A stretch of 64,000 bases of DNA. Source: an uncultured virus (IMG/VR IMGVR_UViG_3300042894_002899). Lineage: Duplodnaviria > Heunggongvirae > Uroviricota > Caudoviricetes. Positions 10,801-21,093 of the stretch are shown one piece after another. The notes beneath the pieces are model-generated. The model was not told where the DNA came from. It was given only the letters and a program-made list of their open reading frames with translations, and did no database searches. Position numbers and translations under genes: made by a program. The stretch spans positions 1 to 64,000 of the IMG/VR virus record IMGVR_UViG_3300042894_002899; one strand, written 5' to 3'. Position 1 is the first letter of the stretch. Each line of letters opens with the position of its first letter.

Positions 10801-13406
10801 CAACGAATCCGACTCAAAATCTTCCGGCAAACATTGTCCTTAGTTTACCTGAGGTTAGCCAACTACCAGTACAAGGTAATCCTAACGTAGAACAGAGTTA
10901 TTTACAATATGCGACAGACGTGGAATACTTCCAACTCATAACAGGATTAACTGTAAATGACTTTATAGGTATTGATCAATTAAATACTGGTTTATTCCCT
11001 AACAATTATTTGAGACATAGTGTGTCCATTGCAACTCCAGACTGTCCTGTAGGGTCTAATAATTTTAGTTCGTGGACAATTAATAATGTTATAACCTTAA
11101 TGGGTGGATGGGAAGGTTATGAAGTTTGTATCTTCGTAAGAGGTGTCGACCCATTCACACCAAAACAAACTATAAAATATGATTTATCTAAGGTATTTGG
11201 TTTCACATCGTTAAATGGTTCGGTACAGATAGAAGGTTCTTATTATTTGAATAGACCAATACAAGGATATTCATCGTTTGCTTCAGGAAATAAACCTGTT
11301 AGTCACGTCAGTTCGACTAACAACACGTCAAACTTATATTTCCCTTCATTTGCATTTACACCTGATGTTACTAAATTTACTGCGTTCACATCTAACTTAC
11401 CTTATTTCTATTTGTGTACCGACGATACTAACGTTTCGGGTATTGGGTCATATACTCCTGTTAATACAGGTTGGCAGACTACATCAAGTTTGACTACAGG
11501 AGGTAATTTATATCAATTACTGGCAAGTTCTAACTTCACAATACCGAGACAACAATCTGCACCGACACAATATGTTGGTGGTGGATCATTCTTGGCGTGG
11601 AATCTAAATATACCATTTAACTATACTTTATACACAAACTCAGGTGGTGGTTGTGATCAAGATTGTCAAAAAGATCAATATTACTCAACTCAAAATGGTT
11701 GGTTTAATAACACAAATGTTGGTGGTAACATTTCAGTTCTTTATTCACCTGCTTATTATCGATATGGTTTAACACCTGTGACCTTCCAATCTACTAATAT
11801 AGTAATGAGGAGTGATAGGTTACCTACATCAACTAAAGTGGAAAACGGACTTCAAAATAGAACGGGATATGCATTACACCAAAATAATAACTTTACGGTT
11901 TACAATGCGAGTGGTATTGCTTCTGAACCTACAATTTCTGCCGGGTTAGATTTACCAAGTGGTGAACAACAAGATGAGGATGCATTTGTATCAGGTCTTA
12001 CCGATACGTTAACTTGTGAAGGTATGGTCCCATTAGAATGTTATAGTGGTTCAGGAAGTAATGTTGGTGTTATACCGTCTAGTCAATGCTCCATTCCCGC
12101 TAACCGAATGGTTAATGGTTGTTATTGTTTGTTAAATAAAACTTATTTGGCTGAATATCCTGAAGACGCTAGATTGTTCTTAGAATGGAAAACAAGATTT
12201 ACCATGAACTTTGCTGCTTGTAGAGGTATTTTTGCTCAAGTCTTCCAAAACAATTGGATTAACGGAGTACTATATATGTTCAACTTTAACAAGAGAACAA
12301 CCTTCAGTTCGATCGGTAATCCTAATTATAATTATTGTGAACAAGTTATTGTGTTTAATGACCTAAATAATAGTTTTTATTATAGATCATCACCATGGAG
12401 TGGTACTAAATTTATAGGTAAAAATTCACCTTCATTTAACTCCTCAAACCCTTTCGCCGACTTCCCTGGTTTCGGATACAATAAAAAACAAATCCAATTT
12501 CCAACGACGGTGGTTGATTTAGGTCCGAGAGATGCGTTTATTAATGAGATTTGTTGTGGTGGAATAGATGGGTTTGGTGCGTATTTTGCTGACCAAATGA
12601 AAGCAACATCATACCAAGATAACTCAGACATTATTCAGTTAGGGTTTTTATCTAGAATTTTAAATGATGGTGTTAGACAAAGAATGATACCTCTTAAGGT
12701 TGGTGACGACTCAAGTGAAGGACAAGGAGTAATCCAATTCTTCAATAGTACAAGAGGTGGTTATAGAATTGATGGTGATTGGGCTCAAATGTTATCAATA
12801 AATTCTGAGTGGAAGGTATTACCATTTATTACTGAAAACGTACCAAGTAACAACTATATATTCTTTGGTGATAATGGTGCTACAGGTAATCAAATTAAAC
12901 CTGTAATGGGATTATTTTTCCAAACACCAACACCTAATCTAAATTATAGAAAAATCGAATCTCCGGGAATCCAAACGTATAGTACATCACCACTTATTGA
13001 GGAAAAATTTGGTTATTCTAAGTCACAAGTTGTACCTCACTACAAATGGTCTTTAAAGACAAGTAACCCTACCTCTAATATATTTGGAACTGAAGATAAC
13101 AACTGGGTTACTGATAATGTTTATAACGGAGGGTTTTTTAGTGACAAGTATCAAGAATTAGATTTTACTAATTTAAATGAGAAATATATAACTCAAAGTA
13201 CAAGATTAGGTTATATCTCTAATTACGTTAACGGAATACCAACACCACAACCCTCAATTAATACAATTATACAAGGACAACCAGTTGGTACTAATCAACA
13301 AGCAATCGTTGTCGGTGCTCCTTACCACTTCTATTTTGGATTGAATAATGGTAAGACCGCAGTAGATAGATTCTATAAACTTTATGTATCAACCGCTGAA
13401 TTGTAA
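7827..13406 (+). CDS. Large baseplate-region structural protein (1859 aa) with internal multi-pass hydrophobic segment
   Basis: Long ORF after gp6-like gene; N-terminal GVVVGRV..PNAKVSVF beta-sandwich; hydrophobic stretch aa ~574-696; Cys clusters. Confidence 0.7.
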   Translation: MPKSYRIRTEVGVDKYINVNLEQDWESLEVLSLKILANDLYTRMCADYGVVVGRVFVNNGFGLPNAKVSVFIPLDDADEVDPVISELYPYRTITDTNEEGYRYNLLPKLPSYRGHQSTGTFPNVGDVLMDESYIEVYDKYYRFTVTTNESGDFMIFGVPTGTQTIVMDVDLSDIGCFSLAPQDLIQQGLATETQVNGSTFKTSTNLRELPQIKNLVFDVDVAPFWGDQDLCQVGITRVDFDLTKQANINIQPTSIFMGSIISTTNDDALKVGCKPKNNTGNLCELVSGPGEIQAIRHTINSDENGLPILEVYQVEQEGKVIDPDGTYVLNVPMNLDYVFTNEFGEQVLSDDPSKGIPTKGKYRFKFKWQNEEGLQNSFQRANFLVPNIKEYGWSNSANDPFDQATQSYTYQISAGAISGVTQIQSFGFDAGISLDNAINSSSYEVYLNGVEYTGSLNSIPFNIGDTIQIVGTPINPNVTQDFSFTVYPETLFNLLKSYAFSLDWDDYVNPQEAIDCEDTFYEFKYNKVYTTAMFLDRYKNGIGRAKHLGIKEIDNRSCKSTVNTFPVNDIIRNFDPIFFVFNILINILTFPILVLLFVAHFISFIWPILKYVLIVLSIYLTYDAAVALFNAIQSGIQLISAGAGVFQVGLGVTVNVGFILEGIRLIFAGIFLIAAATFKLILAAAFLAFAVVAAIKVKGFPRIALPMIAYPDCTSCDCDCGNAEQDDNFDINSVNDELEAAAQTGGSSFYDTTLVPSLSIIAPVNSAGSYEIEHPNLVGPNDDPTQDEYQCGGIGPYKNLANLIGDEDISQNLAVQASLDLARVISGYDVLSSTNPNRLYVNEQYLLHAPQPFLWSADKQLFPTYDLVADARYFAYPLSKTFPQQLNDFNTRDKYFNFGGAVNQIKTTVNPSLGSEFFLDQVVVILMSAGATSQIGVGNVCSFQNPNYLDTQSSNRLLNLTGATLNQFGTNSITGTTLIGNSVPSQISYANPTNPTQNLPANIVLSLPEVSQLPVQGNPNVEQSYLQYATDVEYFQLITGLTVNDFIGIDQLNTGLFPNNYLRHSVSIATPDCPVGSNNFSSWTINNVITLMGGWEGYEVCIFVRGVDPFTPKQTIKYDLSKVFGFTSLNGSVQIEGSYYLNRPIQGYSSFASGNKPVSHVSSTNNTSNLYFPSFAFTPDVTKFTAFTSNLPYFYLCTDDTNVSGIGSYTPVNTGWQTTSSLTTGGNLYQLLASSNFTIPRQQSAPTQYVGGGSFLAWNLNIPFNYTLYTNSGGGCDQDCQKDQYYSTQNGWFNNTNVGGNISVLYSPAYYRYGLTPVTFQSTNIVMRSDRLPTSTKVENGLQNRTGYALHQNNNFTVYNASGIASEPTISAGLDLPSGEQQDEDAFVSGLTDTLTCEGMVPLECYSGSGSNVGVIPSSQCSIPANRMVNGCYCLLNKTYLAEYPEDARLFLEWKTRFTMNFAACRGIFAQVFQNNWINGVLYMFNFNKRTTFSSIGNPNYNYCEQVIVFNDLNNSFYYRSSPWSGTKFIGKNSPSFNSSNPFADFPGFGYNKKQIQFPTTVVDLGPRDAFINEICCGGIDGFGAYFADQMKATSYQDNSDIIQLGFLSRILNDGVRQRMIPLKVGDDSSEGQGVIQFFNSTRGGYRIDGDWAQMLSINSEWKVLPFITENVPSNNYIFFGDNGATGNQIKPVMGLFFQTPTPNLNYRKIESPGIQTYSTSPLIEEKFGYSKSQVVPHYKWSLKTSNPTSNIFGTEDNNWVTDNVYNGGFFSDKYQELDFTNLNEKYITQSTRLGYISNYVNGIPTPQPSINTIIQGQPVGTNQQAIVVGAPYHFYFGLNNGKTAVDRFYKLYVSTAEL

Positions 13407-15205
13407 TGACCGTAGACCCAACAGAAAGAATAATATTATCTACACAGAGGTATAAGTCAGCACCAAGAACTGATCAATTTATAAATGTACCTTTAGCTCA
13501 AACTTCTAAAGATTTAGTTGAATACGATAGAAGTGTTGATTTGAATTTGGTAAATGTTTTTGAGGAAGAAAGACAATTATCTAGTATTTTCAGACCAGTT
13601 ACTAAGTTTACAATTTTATTTGAAAATGGAATTTCTGGATCAACAACTTATGTCCCATACAGAGACAATCTGTACTACACAAATGCTGTCGGGAACGCTC
13701 AAGACTATTATTATCAAGGTAATCAACCATCAGTTCCACCATTACCCACTAATCAAAATGTGCCGTGGGACGGTTTACCACAATACCCTGAGTTTGATTT
13801 TATAAGAACTGATAATAGTGTCATTGGTTACACACAACCACCCAATAATCACCTTACATTTAAGAATGTTAGTGCAACAACATACAATTGGTCTCATCAT
13901 ATAAGTTATCCATATGCTAATGACTTTACAAAAACATTATTCACGGTTGAACCCGATTCACCTATAACATGGTCTTGGGTTGTGTCGAATGGAATACCTT
14001 ATTATGTGGTTGCAGGGGCTAACCTACAAAGAAACAACATTGTTTTTAAATCCCCGATGAAACACGGATTATCGGTTGGTGAATATGTTTATTTATCTGT
14101 AAATTATAATGGTAATAGCATGTTCCAAGTAACGTCTTTAGGTGACGGAGCTTCAGGATCTGACGAATATATTTTTAATATTAGAAATGTCGGATATACA
14201 GGAACCACTTTCCAAACCAACACCCAAGGAACGTTTAGAAGAGTGGTAAACGCTGCAAATTCAGCAGATACTATAAGTCAGTACTATATCCGTAAACACA
14301 GAATAATAACTAACCCTGATTGTGCAGTTTTGGTAAACGCGGGTTTTGAAAGAAATATTTATGGTGATAAAAAGAAATGTGAAATTAAAGTTTTAACACC
14401 AAATCAAAAACAAAGAACGTCAATTAAAGAAGGTAGTAGATCTTATACTTTATCGTTTAATTGTGATATCGATATAAATGGTTTAAGAGACAATCAAAAT
14501 AGACCACTTACACAACTTTTCTTCACGACAATTTGGAGAGGTTATTTTGGTTGGACAAGAAACATGAAACAAGGATGGGAATTCAACACATTTTTACAAG
14601 ATAATAAACCTCAAACTTGGTGGGATCAAAATAACCCCAATTCAAATACAAATATCCCACAGGGGCAATATACTTCTTTAGTAGGTTCAGGACCTTTCTT
14701 TTATAACCAACTTTTACAATCAGGTGATACTATTGACGGAGATTTTTGTGAGTGGAATAGCTTTAATCAACTTGAGAGAGTTATATCAACATACCAACAC
14801 AAGATTAAATTCAATCAAAATTGGTTCGGGATTTTTAATAATGGTTTAAATAGTACTAATCAAATTGGATACTTCTACCAACCACATAACCCAGTACAGA
14901 TTGGTGCGTTTTCTGACTACATAGAAGAGGGTAGCTCAACTACTGTTGTGGGTATACCGCCATATGCATATTACTCAACAACTAACGCTTTGTTTAGATG
15001 GAGAGATCTATATCCGTATGGGTTTGTGGATACTGATGGTATTGGGGTCGATTTTCCATTTATGAATGGTGCTCACTATCCATATATTAATACGATTTTT
15101 AGAATTACACCTGAAAATTATAACATACCAAGTGATTACGCTCAAGGTAAAGTTCCACAGAACATAAACACAATTGAGGATCCATTAGTAGATGAATGCG
15201 AATAA
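13406..15205 (+). CDS. Putative virion structural protein
   Basis: Translationally coupled (TAATG) in tail operon; aromatic/Asn/Thr-rich. Confidence 0.6.
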   Translation: MTVDPTERIILSTQRYKSAPRTDQFINVPLAQTSKDLVEYDRSVDLNLVNVFEEERQLSSIFRPVTKFTILFENGISGSTTYVPYRDNLYYTNAVGNAQDYYYQGNQPSVPPLPTNQNVPWDGLPQYPEFDFIRTDNSVIGYTQPPNNHLTFKNVSATTYNWSHHISYPYANDFTKTLFTVEPDSPITWSWVVSNGIPYYVVAGANLQRNNIVFKSPMKHGLSVGEYVYLSVNYNGNSMFQVTSLGDGASGSDEYIFNIRNVGYTGTTFQTNTQGTFRRVVNAANSADTISQYYIRKHRIITNPDCAVLVNAGFERNIYGDKKKCEIKVLTPNQKQRTSIKEGSRSYTLSFNCDIDINGLRDNQNRPLTQLFFTTIWRGYFGWTRNMKQGWEFNTFLQDNKPQTWWDQNNPNSNTNIPQGQYTSLVGSGPFFYNQLLQSGDTIDGDFCEWNSFNQLERVISTYQHKIKFNQNWFGIFNNGLNSTNQIGYFYQPHNPVQIGAFSDYIEEGSSTTVVGIPPYAYYSTTNALFRWRDLYPYGFVDTDGIGVDFPFMNGAHYPYINTIFRITPENYNIPSDYAQGKVPQNINTIEDPLVDECE

Positions 15206-15995
15206 AGTTAAAATATTAAAAACCGATTTAGATCAGTCTATTAATATCCCAATTAATATGCAATGGGATTTTACTGGTAGAGATGAGGCGATAAGTGAAT
15301 ACGAAACAAGTATATTACAACAAGTAATTGGTGTCGCGACAGATTTTGAAATTGCGAGGTTTGCTCACAACGTATTCCCCAATTTTGATTCTGCGATTGA
15401 TTATGAGTTTTATTTTTATGATTATACCCAACCTATCACAGCAACTACTATCGGGTCATGGGATGTTTCATATTTAGATCTTGGGTTCAGTGCGGAACAA
15501 GTATATTACTATAGTAAACCATTCACAAAGTCATTCTTTAAGTTAGACCTTTTCGATAGTGATAATGAAAAGACACAACAATTGTACCTATCACTTATTT
15601 TACCGGTACAACAAGGTAGAACTGAAACGGTGATATTATCACCTTTAATTGGTCCGATCGAAATTAAAAAACCTAAGATGGTTTTGGATTATATTGGGGA
15701 TAAAGAAGGATTCTTCATTTATTGGTTAAGAAGTAGAGAGATTATAAATGTTGATACTTTCTATATGACTGCAAGTTTCTTTGATGCCAGAACAGGAGTC
15801 TTCAAAAGAATGACTAATACCAAACAAGATTTGATTATACCTGACAAATTTACTTTTGATAACTCTACATATTTCTATTATAGAGTAGATTTGGATTATA
15901 ACCAAAAAACATACGAAGTGTTTTCAACCCAAACCAACCTAAGAGTTGGTGATTCAACAACACCGATAAAATGGTATGAATATGTTAACCCATAA
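15192..15995 (+). CDS. Putative virion structural protein
   Basis: Overlapping ORF in tail operon. Confidence 0.6.
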   Translation: MNANKVKILKTDLDQSINIPINMQWDFTGRDEAISEYETSILQQVIGVATDFEIARFAHNVFPNFDSAIDYEFYFYDYTQPITATTIGSWDVSYLDLGFSAEQVYYYSKPFTKSFFKLDLFDSDNEKTQQLYLSLILPVQQGRTETVILSPLIGPIEIKKPKMVLDYIGDKEGFFIYWLRSREIINVDTFYMTASFFDARTGVFKRMTNTKQDLIIPDKFTFDNSTYFYYRVDLDYNQKTYEVFSTQTNLRVGDSTTPIKWYEYVNP

Positions 15996-17170
15996 TGGAA
16001 TTGCAAGAATATAAGTTTATTATTTCACCCGAGAACATCAAAAGTGATCTTGTATTTGTTTCATATACGGGGGATACAGATATTACAACAATTATCGATC
16101 CTTGTTGTTTAACCGCGACAACGATTAGTGCGACAACCACAGGTACCACGGGTGTTTATTTACCTATGGATTATCTTTTATCTGGTAATACAGGTGGAAC
16201 ATCATTTTTAACGGGACTTTCCGTTAACATCATGTTTACTGAATCTGCGGTTGATTTTGGGTATTATACACCAACAGATGGTTTGATAATTCAGGCGGAC
16301 GTATTGAATAATTTTATTGTAACGGCTAACACTCTAAACCCATATACGTTTACATTTTATAATACCTCCGATTTGGAGTTTATAAAGTTCTTACAATTAT
16401 CAAAATATAGTTTAGATTGGGGTGATGGATCGCCAATACAGCCTATTTTGGGTATAACACCTTTATCACACACTTACCCAACCGCACCGAATACATATAC
16501 AATTACTTTAACCGCAAGTTCACCTTGGGGTATCTCTAAGGTTGAGAAAACGGTGATCACACCATATACAAACGTTGTTATAACCAACCCTCAAGGTAGT
16601 ATTACTTTCTATCCTGCAGGTGGTACTTGGACTGGCACACCGATCAGTTATGATTATATTTTTACGGGAGATTCAAACACAGATATCAACGATTATTATT
16701 CATACAATTACACTTCAGTACCATTCGTAGTCACAGGTTTCACTGAATCAACATTAAATGATTTGGCACAATATGGACCAAAAATAAATTTAGCGGGTGG
16801 TAAATATAAATTGGGTGTTCAGGTTACAGGTACAACAGGAGAGATCGGAACATATTGGGGTGTTGATCCTACAGGTCTTTATTCGGCGTACACTATTAAT
16901 GGTGTAAACTATTTTGATTACGAAGATTATACAATTTATATAACCGAATCTTATGGTTTAGTACCAGGTGATTTAGTTTTAAGTGCGTTAACCAAAAACG
17001 AAGCCCTGTTAAATGTTATTGATGAACCTGAAATAATCACAAATGTATTTGTTGAACGAGGTAAATATACTGCGTTAGAAAATGTGATGAGGTTAGGGGA
17101 AGTTGATAATGTGGGTGATTTAGAAAAATACGGATACAAATATTTTAATGTTGAAAAAGTATCCACTTAA
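15995..17170 (+). CDS. Putative structural protein with PKD-like domain
   Basis: LDWGDGS...SHTY...TYTITLTAS PKD signature. Confidence 0.65.
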   Translation: MELQEYKFIISPENIKSDLVFVSYTGDTDITTIIDPCCLTATTISATTTGTTGVYLPMDYLLSGNTGGTSFLTGLSVNIMFTESAVDFGYYTPTDGLIIQADVLNNFIVTANTLNPYTFTFYNTSDLEFIKFLQLSKYSLDWGDGSPIQPILGITPLSHTYPTAPNTYTITLTASSPWGISKVEKTVITPYTNVVITNPQGSITFYPAGGTWTGTPISYDYIFTGDSNTDINDYYSYNYTSVPFVVTGFTESTLNDLAQYGPKINLAGGKYKLGVQVTGTTGEIGTYWGVDPTGLYSAYTINGVNYFDYEDYTIYITESYGLVPGDLVLSALTKNEALLNVIDEPEIITNVFVERGKYTALENVMRLGEVDNVGDLEKYGYKYFNVEKVST

Positions 17171-17200
17171 CTATTTATAAAAAAGGAAAAAAGATTAAAA

Positions 17201-18106
17201 ATGGCAACAGGTAATTACGGAACTATAAGACCATCAGATGTTAGTCCTGAAGACGTTGAAATCGTTATGGTTTATACTGAATCAAGAGACGATACTCAAA
17301 ACTTCACATTAACAACCCTGAATGCTCAAGATGTGTTGAGACCATACTTCAATAATGCAGAGACAGGAGGAAGTAATGTCGAGATATTAGGTGGTTTATA
17401 CAACCTAAAACTTCCTGCGGACCAATTCAATAGATTAGGTATATATACGTTAATGATTAGACCAGCACAAATCAGAACAACAATTACTGATTGTGGTGTG
17501 TTATCAGCATTACCCAATGTGAAAGGTCTTGTGATAGACCTTAATAATGTACCTGTTGAATATCGAAACAAATTCGTTAATCAAGGTTTAGTTGGTTTTA
17601 GAGTTGAGTATTTAAATCCTGATGGGACAAAAATACCTAATTTCTTTAGAATCATTACCTCATCGTTCTATTGTGAACCTGTGGTGCAAAACCTTACAAA
17701 CACAATCCAAAAATCTATTAGATATGCTTATGTTGAAGGTGCGACTAATTTATTATTCTGTACTTTATCACCTTCGTCATCACCAACAAACAAACCAAGT
17801 GCAACACCATTTATAGGTCAACCAAATCAAAGTATTATTATCTCAAATACGTACTTTAATCCTATAAGTACTGAAATTGAGATCGTAGATCAAGACATCT
17901 CAACACTTGCGATTGCTCTTTACGGTAATCAAACTAAATCTATCGAAGACGGTATTTACACTATTTACGATTCTGACAATAATATCTACAAACAATACAA
18001 CTTGTATGAAATTAAAGACCAGTTCAATACACTTCTTTATGAAGTTAGACAAGATCGTGGTGATAACATCGACTTTTCTAAAGCATTTAACAATATTACA
18101 GCTTAA
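17201..18106 (+). CDS. Putative virion structural protein
   Basis: ORF preceded by TATTTAT at 17172; tail block context. Confidence 0.6.
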   Translation: MATGNYGTIRPSDVSPEDVEIVMVYTESRDDTQNFTLTTLNAQDVLRPYFNNAETGGSNVEILGGLYNLKLPADQFNRLGIYTLMIRPAQIRTTITDCGVLSALPNVKGLVIDLNNVPVEYRNKFVNQGLVGFRVEYLNPDGTKIPNFFRIITSSFYCEPVVQNLTNTIQKSIRYAYVEGATNLLFCTLSPSSSPTNKPSATPFIGQPNQSIIISNTYFNPISTEIEIVDQDISTLAIALYGNQTKSIEDGIYTIYDSDNNIYKQYNLYEIKDQFNTLLYEVRQDRGDNIDFSKAFNNITA

Positions 18107-21093
18107 TGGCAACACAGAAATTTACTTGTCCGCCTCAAAGTAGTGCAGCAAATCAATTCTCTAACAATTTAGTTGGGGTACAACTTGTTGCGGGCGGAGG
18201 TTTGACACAAGCAAATTTCAACTTCACTACAAACATAACGGAAAAACAAAATAGAACTTTTACGATAGGTGCATTTTCAGACCCTATCAATTTGGAGTCT
18301 ATTAATATTGAAACAAATGTTGAAGCTGCTGAAATTTTAGCGGCGAACTACCGAGTTTATCCTAACTACGACTTAAGTCAGGTTACTAACTTTACTCAAT
18401 ACGGATCCTTAGTAAAAAGGTTCTCAACCTCTATTACGAAGATCATTAATTTTTTCCCTGCCGGTTTAGAGGTACCACCTCAGACTGACAAATTTATTAA
18501 TCAAGAAACCGCATTTAATATTATATACGATTCGGTGGAAGATGACACAACGTTGGAAATACACCTTTCCTCAATAAGAAACCCATTTGAAATTGATTTT
18601 TCACAAAACGCAGAAATCAATATGATGTATAATGAGAATCAGGTTTCGTCTTTGAGAAATATGAAGTTAGAGTATAAGAAATATGTTCTTTTTATTAATG
18701 GGCAACAATACCCACTTAACTATCTATACCCAACCAATAGTGATTCGACAAGTCTTAAAATAATTGTAGATGGAAACCCATTCAGTGGTAATCAAATATC
18801 ATATGATTACTTAGTAATTAGACCAAACGATTTCGAAGTGAATAAAGTATTCAATTTGAACTTCGACCCCGTTGAAAATTTCCTACTTAATAGACGAATT
18901 ACACCTGTATACACCGCAAAATTTGTTGTACCAAAAGAATTAGAGGATGGTACGTTTGCGATCTCAAGTGAATACGCAACATTCCCTCAAGCGGGTATTT
19001 GGAATTTAGATATCGTTACGGTTCGTTTTGATAACTACTTAGTACAAATTAATGACTTCGCTATAAACCTAGATCAGTACAATACGAACTTAATCTCAAG
19101 GTTTATGACAACAGGTGCGTTAAAAGAGTTCGACACACCAGATCAGAGATTTGAAAAATTATTACAGATATATGGTAGAAGTTTCGATGAAACAAAATCA
19201 TTTATTTCAGCGTTAGGTAATATGAATAGTGTTCATTATACCATACAAAATGACATACCATCACAATTATTAAAAAACTTAGCTCAAACATTAGGTTGGG
19301 TTACTAATTTCTCACCAATCTCAAATGAGGAATTATTACAGGCAGTATTCTCAACACAACCAAATACATTTCCAGGTTTACAAATAGGACAGACACCTGA
19401 GGAGATTAACTATCAATTCTATAGAAACTTAATATTAAATTCTGCTTACCTATTTAAATCAAAGGGTACAAGAAAGTCTATTGAATGTCTTTTGAGAATG
19501 GTTGGTGCACCTGAAGCATTAATTGACTTTCATGAATATGTCTATGTTGCTGACCAACGAATTAATATGAGAGAATTTGACCAACAATACTTTCAGATTA
19601 CAGGTGGTACCTTGAACCTACAAATTCCGGTATTACAAGGAGATAATACATTCTCAATACAAGGAGTTCAATATACAGGATTTACAACGGTTTCAGTTAA
19701 CTCAAATGTATTAACGGTAAGAGAAGATTACCCTGTAGATGCTTTTGGATGCCCTCAAATGCCAATAGCGACCGAGACTTATTACTTCCAAATAGGGGGC
19801 GGTTGGTTCGAGTCAACTCCACAACATAGAATGCCTGAGTTTGCAGTACCAACTAACTTGGTATTCACAGGTAATAACCCTAACTATCAAACTCAACTAT
19901 TACCATTTAATTATGGTGAAGAATATCTACAAAGATATAGACAATTCCCATACATGAATTTAGGATTTAAGTTGAGAAGAGTTGCCGACAACAAAAAAAG
20001 TTGGGTAGATACCGATCCATTCTTAAGAACAAGTTTTGATGGTGGATTTAATTCGTATTATGAAGCGGGTGAAGATTGTTTGGTATTGAATGTGAAAAAC
20101 GTTGACATTATGATGAATCCAGCACAAGGATTAGTTTATGATGTTTGGACGATGTCAAGACAATTTAATTTCCCAATTCCTGAACAAGGTTTGTTCTACA
20201 CACCACCTTCACCTTGTAATATACCAAACCCATACCCTAAGTTAGGTGGTATAGATTGGACGACAATTGTACCAAAACCAAAACAAAAAACATTCTTTGA
20301 GTTTGCTCAAACATTTTGGAGAAACATGGTTAACACAAGAAACAGACAAACTATCACAGATGGTAAGACTGGAGGTTACCCAACACTCCAATCAATTTAT
20401 TGGAGATATTTAGAATCTCAAAAATTAGCGGGAATTCAAAACGATAACTTCACATATCAAACGATGATTGATTATGTGAATGGAATGGGTAATTATTGGA
20501 TTAGAATGGTGGAACAAATGGTTCCGGCAACAACAATATGGAATACAGGTGTTAGATTAGAAAACTCGGTTCTTCACAGACAAAAGTATGTGTGGAGAAG
20601 ACAAGAAGGATGTAAGTTTATTCCGGTACCTTGTAAACCTTGTACTCTATCAACACAGCTGTATGTACTTGATTGTCCTGTACAAGAAGTGATTTGTGGT
20701 TTGTATCCTTGGAATAATGACCCATTGATTACATCTTTTGGTGTTGTATTAAATCAAACATTACAAACATTCTTTAGTCAAAACGGACTGAACTCAACAG
20801 TTTGTTCTCTTAATACCGTTTCATCAACTTGGTATGTTGATATTAGACAGAACGGAGTTTTAATAGAACAATATGGTTTCTTTAATGGTGTTGGACCAAG
20901 CCAATTCCCAACCGACACTCAGTGGGTGGATGCTTTAGGAATAGCTTTAGGTAATTTACTAACATCAGGATATAGTTATAATATTGATGAGGATAGTGAA
21001 AATGTAGTCGTATTTAATAATAATTGTGTGCCTAATTTTGACGACTTCCAAATAAACGTAGGAATAGAATTCGAAATATTTTGTAACCAATAA
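18106..21093 (+). CDS. Baseplate wedge protein with P2 gpI / T4 gp7-like segment
   Basis: LLKNLAQTLGW...YLFKSKGTRKSIECLL resembles the tail protein I core. Confidence 0.6.
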   Translation: MATQKFTCPPQSSAANQFSNNLVGVQLVAGGGLTQANFNFTTNITEKQNRTFTIGAFSDPINLESINIETNVEAAEILAANYRVYPNYDLSQVTNFTQYGSLVKRFSTSITKIINFFPAGLEVPPQTDKFINQETAFNIIYDSVEDDTTLEIHLSSIRNPFEIDFSQNAEINMMYNENQVSSLRNMKLEYKKYVLFINGQQYPLNYLYPTNSDSTSLKIIVDGNPFSGNQISYDYLVIRPNDFEVNKVFNLNFDPVENFLLNRRITPVYTAKFVVPKELEDGTFAISSEYATFPQAGIWNLDIVTVRFDNYLVQINDFAINLDQYNTNLISRFMTTGALKEFDTPDQRFEKLLQIYGRSFDETKSFISALGNMNSVHYTIQNDIPSQLLKNLAQTLGWVTNFSPISNEELLQAVFSTQPNTFPGLQIGQTPEEINYQFYRNLILNSAYLFKSKGTRKSIECLLRMVGAPEALIDFHEYVYVADQRINMREFDQQYFQITGGTLNLQIPVLQGDNTFSIQGVQYTGFTTVSVNSNVLTVREDYPVDAFGCPQMPIATETYYFQIGGGWFESTPQHRMPEFAVPTNLVFTGNNPNYQTQLLPFNYGEEYLQRYRQFPYMNLGFKLRRVADNKKSWVDTDPFLRTSFDGGFNSYYEAGEDCLVLNVKNVDIMMNPAQGLVYDVWTMSRQFNFPIPEQGLFYTPPSPCNIPNPYPKLGGIDWTTIVPKPKQKTFFEFAQTFWRNMVNTRNRQTITDGKTGGYPTLQSIYWRYLESQKLAGIQNDNFTYQTMIDYVNGMGNYWIRMVEQMVPATTIWNTGVRLENSVLHRQKYVWRRQEGCKFIPVPCKPCTLSTQLYVLDCPVQEVICGLYPWNNDPLITSFGVVLNQTLQTFFSQNGLNSTVCSLNTVSSTWYVDIRQNGVLIEQYGFFNGVGPSQFPTDTQWVDALGIALGNLLTSGYSYNIDEDSENVVVFNNNCVPNFDDFQINVGIEFEIFCNQ